32,000 nt of DNA from Mycobacterium phage Blubba, in sequence record PQ244016.1. One strand, given 5' to 3'. Positions 25,642 to 32,000 of the stretch are shown one piece after another; position 1 is the stretch's first letter; every line of letters begins with the position of its first letter. Under the pieces are notes generated by a model. The model worked only from the letters and a program-made list of their open reading frames with translations, ran no database searches and was not told the origin of the DNA. Position numbers and translations under genes: made by a program.

Positions 25642-25955
25642 CGGCCACAGCCCCGCGCCGCATGACCACCGACGAGGTGCGTGCGGCCAAGAAGCAACGA
25701 GCGTTTCACAGCGCCAAGGACTTCGAGACCAGCGCGAGTCAGATCGGAGAGATCGTGCCCACCGAGCCCAGCGCTAAGCGCAGGGCCTCGATCGCGGTCG
25801 CCGACTACGTGGCCCGCAGCGGTCTGGACCGCTCGGAGATCCCCGAGCTGCTGATGATGCTGGGCATCCATCCGAGCCAGCCGGATTACGAGGACGATGA
25901 GGCGCCGATGCGGATGCCGCGTCAGTTCAACAGCATGGACCCGCTGGGCAAATGA
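25638..25955 (+). CDS. Hypothetical protein
   Basis: 105 aa ORF in a coupled gene series. Confidence 0.6.
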   Translation: MTATAPRRMTTDEVRAAKKQRAFHSAKDFETSASQIGEIVPTEPSAKRRASIAVADYVARSGLDRSEIPELLMMLGIHPSQPDYEDDEAPMRMPRQFNSMDPLGK

Positions 25956-26197
25956 TCGCCGACTTCTACTACCGGCGGGTGGACCAGCTGCGCAAGGAGG
26001 TCGTGTGTCTAGGCAAGCGCCTGGATGCGGCCACCACGCCCGAGGAGGTCAATCTGGTCGCCACCCAGGTGCGTGACTTGCGCACTCGCGTGCGACGCAT
26101 GTGCGACGAGCTCGACATCTTCACCGACGGCTCCGAGAGCCTCGACTGCATGGTCGGCAGGATCATGCGAACCCTGTCTGGAAAGGACACCCCGTGA
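25952..26197 (+). CDS. Hypothetical helical protein
   Basis: 81 aa; ATGA overlap with the preceding gene. Confidence 0.55.
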   Translation: MIADFYYRRVDQLRKEVVCLGKRLDAATTPEEVNLVATQVRDLRTRVRRMCDELDIFTDGSESLDCMVGRIMRTLSGKDTP

Positions 26198-26415
26198 GCG
26201 ACGATTCCAACGTCTTCGCTGGCGCCGAGACGGTCGGCCAGCTCTTCGATGCGGTCTGGTGCGCCGGACTGGCCACAGCCCAGGCCAACGCGGAGGCAGA
26301 GGCCTCCTGGCCCGAGTACGCCCGTCGGGCCCGCCAGATCGCCGTCGCCGACGCCCACAAGCGCTACGAGGAGATCACGAAAAAGCCCGAGGAAGACACC
26401 ACGATCAACCTGTAG
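26194..26415 (+). CDS. Hypothetical protein
   Basis: GTG start overlapping the upstream stop (GTGA); 73 aa MSDDSNVFAGAETVGQLFDAVW... Confidence 0.55.
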   Translation: MSDDSNVFAGAETVGQLFDAVWCAGLATAQANAEAEASWPEYARRARQIAVADAHKRYEEITKKPEEDTTINL

Positions 26416-26445
26416 CCTCACTGCAGACGAAAGGACTTCACCCAC

Positions 26446-26967
26446 ATGAAGATGCGCGCCCGACCCAGCGCCGCGATCATGGACATGGACGGCACCCTGG
26501 CCGACGTGTCGACGATCCGGCATCTGGTCGACGGCATTCAGACCAAGAAGGACTTCCACGCCTTCCATGCGGCCTCGGAGTTCGTCCCGGCCAACAAGCA
26601 GGCCATCGCGTTCGGCAAGCGTCACCATCGCAAGGGCAATCTGATCCTGGTGGTGACCGCACGCAAGAAGATGTGGGAACGGGTCACGCTGAACTTCCTC
26701 GATCGCGAGGTCGTCCATCACTTCCCGGTCGTGCTGCCGATCTTCATGCGCGGCAATGACGACAATCGCAAGGACGTCGAGGTCAAGCGGGACATCCTGG
26801 CCGTCATCCGGGAGCGTTTCACGGTGGTCGCGGCCTGTGACGACAATCCGTCGATCGTTTCACTCTGGGAAGAGGAGCAGATTCCGGAGATCGAGGTCGT
26901 TCCGGGCTGGGATCACGATGCTGCTGCACGGTACGCGGTCGCTGCAAACCGTGTGCGCAACCTATAG
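26446..26967 (+). CDS. HAD-superfamily phosphatase-like protein
   Basis: AAIMDMDGTLADVS (DxDGTLAD) and LILVVTARKKMW (T-A-R motif), as in polynucleotide kinase 3'-phosphatase-like HAD proteins. Confidence 0.65.
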   Translation: MKMRARPSAAIMDMDGTLADVSTIRHLVDGIQTKKDFHAFHAASEFVPANKQAIAFGKRHHRKGNLILVVTARKKMWERVTLNFLDREVVHHFPVVLPIFMRGNDDNRKDVEVKRDILAVIRERFTVVAACDDNPSIVSLWEEEQIPEIEVVPGWDHDAAARYAVAANRVRNL

Positions 26968-27014
26968 AATCCTGCTACAGTCCAACTACAGTCACACACA
27001 CAATCAGAAGGACG
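26960..27014 (+). promoter_or_regulatory. Promoter-like element plus CA-rich leader and SD
   Basis: ACCTATAGAATCCTGCTACAGTCCAACTACAGTCACACACACAATCAGAAGGAC. Shares ACCTATAGAA with the 5188-5208 promoter and TACAGTCCAAC with 1025-1035. Confidence 0.5.
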
Positions 27015-27020
27015 TCCTGC

Positions 27021-27257
27021 ATGAGACTTCTCGCCCACAGCATGCGATCGCGCACCGCGCTGGTGCAGCACGAGCCCGACGGTCCGGCCTTCCTTTATCA
27101 GTTCGGCCCGGTCGACACCTATTCGAGCGTCGAGGATCCTGAGACGTGGTTCGTGCCCAAGGGCTGGGTCACCGAGTTCCCCGACGGCAATGAGTTCGCC
27201 ACCATTCGCCAGTTGCGCACCCATGTCATCAACACCGTGGCAGGAGTGAGGGTCTGA
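27021..27257 (+). CDS. Hypothetical protein
   Basis: 78 aa behind the element at 26960-27014. Confidence 0.55.
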   Translation: MRLLAHSMRSRTALVQHEPDGPAFLYQFGPVDTYSSVEDPETWFVPKGWVTEFPDGNEFATIRQLRTHVINTVAGVRV

Positions 27258-27300
27258 TGGTCAAGCGCATGGATCTAGCAGCAGAAGGATCGGCCACACA

Positions 27301-28374
27301 ATGACGACGTTCCATGAGGCAGTCAAGCTGATCACCGAGGCCAAGATCTACACCGACCTGTTCCCCGACGTCGATGTCATTGGCCATGTGTACCGCTCGC
27401 TGGCTTCTGCCGTGCATCCCGACCGTGTCCCGCATGGCCAGCACGCTAAGGGCACCAGAGCCTTCCATCGGCTCAACGAGTTCAAGGTGACTGCCGAGAG
27501 GATGCGTGACGAGGGCCGGTATGGTGAGCCGGAAATCCTGGCCAGCATCGCCAGCCGCAACGGCCTGCACATGGTCACCGCATCGTGTGGCGAGGACGAG
27601 ATGGCGGTCTACTTCCGGGCCATGTCCACCACCAAGCAGCACACACACACCTTCACCAGCATGCTCAAGGTGGCCAAGAGCGCCAAGGACAACGATCTGA
27701 TGGCCCAGGAGGCCAAGGCGCTCAAAATGCTGCACACGCCGCCGGAAGAGGGCAATGCGTTCGTGCTCACCCGGCACTTCCCCGAGCTGGTGGACACTTT
27801 CCTGCACTCGGAGGGGCGCCGTCGGGCCAACGTGACGCCGTACTTCGAGCACCATCGTTCACTGGCCACGCTCAAGAAGATCTTCTGTGCAGGCGTAGAG
27901 CCAGTACATGCGGTCTGGATCTTCCGGCGTCTACTGATGGCCCTGGGCTATGCCCATGATCGGGGTCTGGTGCACGGTGCCATCACGCCGGACAACATCC
28001 TCATCGAGCCACGTGATCACGCTGTGGTGCTCATCGACTGGTGCTACTCTGTGGTTATCGACTCCGAGTCGAAAACCCACATCAAGGCGGTGGTGCCGAT
28101 GTATCGGGACTTCTATCCTGCCGAGGTGCTCGCCAAGGGCCCAGCCACCCCGGCCACCGACCTTTACATGGCCGCGTTCCTTATTCGCTGGCTGATGGGC
28201 ACCCGCATCCGTCCAGCCTTCCGGGCCTTTCTCAACGGGGTGACGCTGGAGAGTCCGCACTCGCGTCCACAGAACGCGTGGGCCCTGCTCAAGGAGTTCG
28301 ACGAGCTGCTGGAGGGTCTCGGCTCTCCTTTCCATCCCCGCAAATTCGCAGAACTTGTTCTGCCTCAGGTGTAG
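27301..28374 (+). CDS. J-domain-like protein fused to a degenerate protein kinase-like domain
   Basis: HPD in YRSLASAVHPDRVPHG; kinase-like HDRGLVHGAITPDNILIEPRDHAVVLIDWCYS with HRD replaced by HGA. Confidence 0.6.
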   Translation: MTTFHEAVKLITEAKIYTDLFPDVDVIGHVYRSLASAVHPDRVPHGQHAKGTRAFHRLNEFKVTAERMRDEGRYGEPEILASIASRNGLHMVTASCGEDEMAVYFRAMSTTKQHTHTFTSMLKVAKSAKDNDLMAQEAKALKMLHTPPEEGNAFVLTRHFPELVDTFLHSEGRRRANVTPYFEHHRSLATLKKIFCAGVEPVHAVWIFRRLLMALGYAHDRGLVHGAITPDNILIEPRDHAVVLIDWCYSVVIDSESKTHIKAVVPMYRDFYPAEVLAKGPATPATDLYMAAFLIRWLMGTRIRPAFRAFLNGVTLESPHSRPQNAWALLKEFDELLEGLGSPFHPRKFAELVLPQV

Positions 28375-28409
28375 TACCGAACAGCAAACACACAGCAAAG
28401 GAGAACATC

Positions 28410-29435
28410 ATGGGTTCAGGAGCATGGGACAGCTATACGTACACCTCGCATCTCGCGGCCAAGGCCGCAGCGGGCAAGTCGACCTTCGACTACACCGACC
28501 AGATCCGGTCGGGTCAGACCTCGGCCAAGGCCAACAGCCTGCTCGACCCCAAGGTCAAGGCCGGTGATGCCTCGTCGTTCGCGGGCAAGGTGATGCGCGA
28601 GGTGGTGATCAGCGACGAGCACCCCAACCCGACGCCGATCGCCATCGTGCTCGATGTCACCGGGTCCAACTACACCGCCGCCGTGGCCGTGCACGCCAAG
28701 CTGCCGCAGTTGTTCGGCCTGCTGCAGCGCAAGGGCCTGATCGAGGACCCGCAGATTCTCATCGCGGCCACCGGTGATGCCAACAGCGATCGGGTGCCGC
28801 TGCAGGTCGGCCAGTTCGAGTCCGACAACCGCATCGACGCCATGATCGAGGCCATGTACCTCGAAGGCTTCGGGGGTGGGCAGGCGCACGAGACCTACGA
28901 GCTCGCGGCCTACTTCCTGGCCCGGCACACCTACCTGGAGCCATGGCACAAGCAGGGTCGCAAGGGCTACGCCATCTTCATCGGCGACGAGAAGCCCTAC
29001 GACCGGGTGAAGGCCTCCCAGGTGCGCACCCACATCGGCGTCGACATCGAGGCCGACGTGCCCACCATCCAGGTCTTCGAAGAGCTCAAGGAGCAGTACG
29101 AGCCGTTCTTCCTGTTCCAGAAGCAGGGCAGTTACTCGGAGGGGCAGGTGCTGCCATCGTGGCGCAAGCTGCTCAACGAGCAGGCGGTGACGCTGGAGGA
29201 CCCCAACAACGTCTGCGAGTTCATCGCGGGACTGCTGCTGCTGCGCGAGGGCGGGCTGGATCTCGACGAGGTCGAGGACGAGCTGCACGACGCCGGATTC
29301 AACACCACGGCCATCCGCAGCGCGTCCAAGACGCTGGCGCTGGTCGGCGCCGGAGGCTCCGGTGGCGCGGTGGCCAAGACCGACGGCAGCCTGGGCCTGG
29401 ACGACGACGACTCGACCGGGGCCGATCGACTGTGA
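28410..29435 (+). CDS. vWA-like domain protein
   Basis: 341 aa; TPIAIVLDVTGSNYTAAVAVHAKLPQLFGLL (DxTxS, MIDAS-like), ILIAATGDANSD; SD AAAGGAG. Confidence 0.6.
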   Translation: MGSGAWDSYTYTSHLAAKAAAGKSTFDYTDQIRSGQTSAKANSLLDPKVKAGDASSFAGKVMREVVISDEHPNPTPIAIVLDVTGSNYTAAVAVHAKLPQLFGLLQRKGLIEDPQILIAATGDANSDRVPLQVGQFESDNRIDAMIEAMYLEGFGGGQAHETYELAAYFLARHTYLEPWHKQGRKGYAIFIGDEKPYDRVKASQVRTHIGVDIEADVPTIQVFEELKEQYEPFFLFQKQGSYSEGQVLPSWRKLLNEQAVTLEDPNNVCEFIAGLLLLREGGLDLDEVEDELHDAGFNTTAIRSASKTLALVGAGGSGGAVAKTDGSLGLDDDDSTGADRL

Positions 29436-29442
29436 GCGCCGA

Positions 29443-30771
29443 GTGAACAAGAAGAAGGCCTACATCGTCACCGACCTCGGGTACGGCGACGCGGGCAAGG
29501 GCACCACCGTGGACTGGCTCTGCGGTGGTGACCCTTCCACCCTGGTCGTCCGCCACAACGGTGGCTCTCAGGCCGGACACAACGTGGTGCAGGACGACGG
29601 CACTCACCACGAGTTCAGCCAGTTCGGCTCGGCCTTCCTGCACGGGGCGGTGACCTTCCTCAGCCGGTATGTGATGGTCAACCCGCTCGACATGACCGAA
29701 GAGGCCAAGCACCTCGACGAGGTGAGTCAGCTCGAAACCACCGACGCGCTGAGCATGATGTTCGTCGATGCCCAGGCCAAGGTGGTTACGCCGTATCACG
29801 TCGCGCTGCAACGGCTGAAGTCCTACGCCCGAGGCGGTTCGTGCGGCAAGGGCATCGGCGAGGCCGTGCGTCAGCACCTGGCAATGCCCAATCTCACCAT
29901 CCGGGTCGGCCACCTGCGCGAACTCTCCCTCAGGACTTCGCTGGAACAGCTGCGTCATTATTTGCTGAACGCTGCCGATGTGGCGGGACGCAGGGAGGAC
30001 GACGACAGCTTCATCGACCGGACCGTGCTCGAAGACCGCTTCCTGTCGTCCCACCTGGCCGAGCGGTACTACGCCTGGACCAAACGGGTGGGCATTGTCG
30101 ACGACGGCGACACCTGGCTCGGTCGGTACCTCCGGGGAGGTCACACAGTGATCTTCGAGGGTGCCCAGGGTGTGCTGCTCGACGAGTGGTCGGGCTTTCA
30201 CCCGTACACCACCTGGTCGACGACCACTCCGCAGAACGCGCTGGCCCTGATGACTGCAGCCCGGTCTCAGGTCGCACCGATCAGTCTGGGTGTGGTCCGG
30301 TCCTACGTCACGCGTCACGGCAACGGTCCGTTCGTCACCGAGGACCCCGAGCTGGACTTCGACGAGCCGCACAACCACGAGGGCATGTGGCAGGGCAAGT
30401 TCCGCCAGGGTCACCTGGACCTGGTGGCGCTGCGCTACGCTGCGAGCGTCTGCGGCCAGCTCGACGGCCTGGTGGTTACCCACCTGGACCGGGACAAGTG
30501 GCGGGGCCGTGACTTCCAGGTGTGCGAGCGCTATCTCACCGACACCGGTCTGGTGGTCTCTGAGATCCAGCCGCCTGTCCAGATCGGCCTGGGCCCCCGG
30601 ACCAAGCAGACTCAGGTCCTGATGGACGCCAAGCCGGTCTATGACGACGACGACATGCATCTGACGCTGGACGGCCTGCTGGATCGCTTGGGCACTATCG
30701 CGCCGGTGGTCGCGGGCTCCTGGGGTCCGACGTCCAAAGACAAGCACATTCTCAAGGAGGGGATCATCTGA
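29443..30771 (+). CDS. purA: Adenylosuccinate synthetase family protein (PurA/PurZ-like)
   Basis: IVTDLGYGDAGKGTTVDWLCGG, LVVRHNGGSQAGHNVV, VTFLSRYVMVNPLDM, VIFEGAQGVLLDEWSGFHPYTT. GTG 29443 start preferred over the supplied 29362. Confidence 0.82.
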   Translation: MNKKKAYIVTDLGYGDAGKGTTVDWLCGGDPSTLVVRHNGGSQAGHNVVQDDGTHHEFSQFGSAFLHGAVTFLSRYVMVNPLDMTEEAKHLDEVSQLETTDALSMMFVDAQAKVVTPYHVALQRLKSYARGGSCGKGIGEAVRQHLAMPNLTIRVGHLRELSLRTSLEQLRHYLLNAADVAGRREDDDSFIDRTVLEDRFLSSHLAERYYAWTKRVGIVDDGDTWLGRYLRGGHTVIFEGAQGVLLDEWSGFHPYTTWSTTTPQNALALMTAARSQVAPISLGVVRSYVTRHGNGPFVTEDPELDFDEPHNHEGMWQGKFRQGHLDLVALRYAASVCGQLDGLVVTHLDRDKWRGRDFQVCERYLTDTGLVVSEIQPPVQIGLGPRTKQTQVLMDAKPVYDDDDMHLTLDGLLDRLGTIAPVVAGSWGPTSKDKHILKEGII

Positions 30772-30857
30772 TGGACAAAGGGACGATTATTGCGTTTGCT
30801 GGCATCGCCATCATCATCGCGGTGTCTGTTGCTGTGGGCCGGGTGATGAACCGATGA
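30771..30857 (+). CDS. 28-aa single-pass membrane peptide
   Basis: MDKGTIIAFAGIAIIIAVSVAVGRVMNR, overlapping both neighbours by stop/start codons, GGAG upstream. Confidence 0.5.
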   Translation: MDKGTIIAFAGIAIIIAVSVAVGRVMNR

Positions 30858-31459
30858 AGCTCACTCACAGTCAGCGCGCCACCGCGCGTCACCTCGGTAT
30901 GTCCGAGGACGACTATCTCAAGCGCGACCGACTAATCGACCTGACTCGCAGCACCATGCTCAAGGTGCACGCGCAGCTGGCCGAAGCCCTGGCTGAGCAC
31001 GACCGTGTCGGTGCTGAGCTTGGCGACCATGCGCCCAGGATCCTTGTCGAAAGCTTGCGCGAGATCCAGGACAAGGTGGACGACTACTTGCGCTGCAGCG
31101 GCTGCGGGGTGCATCCCGGTCAGCGTCATCAGTCCGGCTGCGATGTGGCCCGGTGCAAGGAGTGCGGGTGGCAGGACATCTTTTGCGACTGTGAGGAGAA
31201 GTCTGACGAAATGACCCTGTGGACCGGGGAGTGGCCGGGGAAGGCCGAGGTGGCCGAGTACCAGCTGCTCGACCTGAACATGCTGGCCGTATTTCAGGCG
31301 CGCGGCCTGCTGGTCTGGGACCGCGATGACGAGCGCCTCTATCAGGCGCCGGATCATGACGACGAGCGCTGGCAGACCAAGGTCGCCGAGTATGTCGAGG
31401 CAGAGCAGAAGATGAGCGACAAGATCATGGCCAACTGGCACAGGAGCTGGACCCCATGA
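30854..31459 (+). CDS. Hypothetical protein with zinc-ribbon-like cysteines
   Basis: 201 aa; CSGC...C...CKECGWQDIFCDC. Confidence 0.6.
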   Translation: MKLTHSQRATARHLGMSEDDYLKRDRLIDLTRSTMLKVHAQLAEALAEHDRVGAELGDHAPRILVESLREIQDKVDDYLRCSGCGVHPGQRHQSGCDVARCKECGWQDIFCDCEEKSDEMTLWTGEWPGKAEVAEYQLLDLNMLAVFQARGLLVWDRDDERLYQAPDHDDERWQTKVAEYVEAEQKMSDKIMANWHRSWTP

Positions 31460-31734
31460 TGAGTGACACCAATCGTCTGCTGCAGGACGCGCTGGATGCT
31501 GCTCGTGACGCCGACAGCGATCTGATCGACTGCCTGCCGTTGCCCGATGACCTCGACGAGTTCCTCGACGAGTGGGACGTCCCTGCCGAGGACCGCGAGA
31601 TGTTCAAGGGTCTCGCTGTCGAGTTCGAGTCGGTGGTCATGCGCCAAAACTGCCACACCACCTGGGCACCCGAGTACTTCCAACACTTGGCCAAGGTGCT
31701 GGGATACGGACTACCGCAAGGAGTCCTCGAATGA
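31456..31734 (+). CDS. Hypothetical acidic protein
   Basis: 92 aa; coupled ATGA start. Confidence 0.55.
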   Translation: MMSDTNRLLQDALDAARDADSDLIDCLPLPDDLDEFLDEWDVPAEDREMFKGLAVEFESVVMRQNCHTTWAPEYFQHLAKVLGYGLPQGVLE

Positions 31735-32000
31735 TCAACACCATGAACACCATGCGCGGATGGGTCGACCGATCTGATTGGCGTGTGTTCCTCGTAGCCC
31801 AGATCCAGTCATTGATTGTCATTTCCGCACTCCTCGCGTTCGCCTACGCGATCGCAACAGGTCAGCTGATCCTCTACCTAGCCGCCGCGGCCCTGATCAT
31901 TGTCGAAGTTCCTCTAGGCGCGACATTCATGACGCAATGGCGATTCGACCTGAATCGGTACATGAATGTCGCGCAACAAAGAACTCCGAGGAAATGTTGA
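31731..32000 (+). CDS. Small membrane protein
   Basis: MINTMNTMRGWVDRSDWRVFLVAQIQSLIVISALLAFAYAIATGQLILYLAAAALIIVEVPLGATF..., ends at TGA 31998-32000. Confidence 0.55.
   Translation: MINTMNTMRGWVDRSDWRVFLVAQIQSLIVISALLAFAYAIATGQLILYLAAAALIIVEVPLGATFMTQWRFDLNRYMNVAQQRTPRKC

Noticed and set aside
24036-25871. 611-aa minus-strand ORF and similar long minus ORFs (1024-2058, 15966-17525, 18939-19988, 20419-21834, 28416-29450, 29299-30747)
   Set aside because: All are antisense to plus-strand genes with recognisable motifs or coupled starts; explained by high GC3.
1-32000. CRISPR arrays, integrase/attachment site, or diversity-generating retroelement
   Set aside because: No regular direct repeats with unique spacers, no integrase-like ORF, and no reverse transcriptase or VR/TR pair recognised in this window.

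Overview
Dense, almost entirely plus-strand stretch of a tailed actinobacteriophage genome. The lysin A, holin-like and lysin B genes imply a mycolic-acid-containing host. The overall gene content recalls Bxz1-like (cluster C) mycobacteriophages, but that is inference and was not searched. Recognisable content: two tRNA genes (Gln-CTG, Asn-GTT), a Ro60/TROVE-vWA protein, a four-gene glycosyltransferase-like cassette with small membrane proteins, a large repeat-containing tail protein plus three proteins with related N-terminal regions, the lysis cassette, an HNH homing-type endonuclease, a terminase large subunit interrupted by a LAGLIDADG intein, a J-domain/degenerate kinase-like protein next to a vWA-like protein, and a PurA/PurZ-family adenylosuccinate synthetase. 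The main find is the ~480-nt non-coding region directly upstream of the Ro60 ortholog (5140-5623). It holds three tandem RNA-like units. Each has a perfect but sequence-divergent terminal stem (ACCGCAG/CTGCGGT, GGGGAGGCAG/CTGCCTCCCC, AGAGACGGAG/CTCCGTCTCT), a shared 5' motif (GGCCGA...TCGGTTAYC) and a shared 3' motif (CATGTCT). The middle unit carries a circularly permuted tRNA-like module (T arm, capped acceptor-like helix, D arm), the architecture reported for bacterial YrlA Y RNAs. I read this as a phage Ro60-Y RNA locus with three Y RNA-like RNAs, driven by a candidate promoter that overlaps a dyad. All family assignments are from sequence motifs; no database search or folding program was run.
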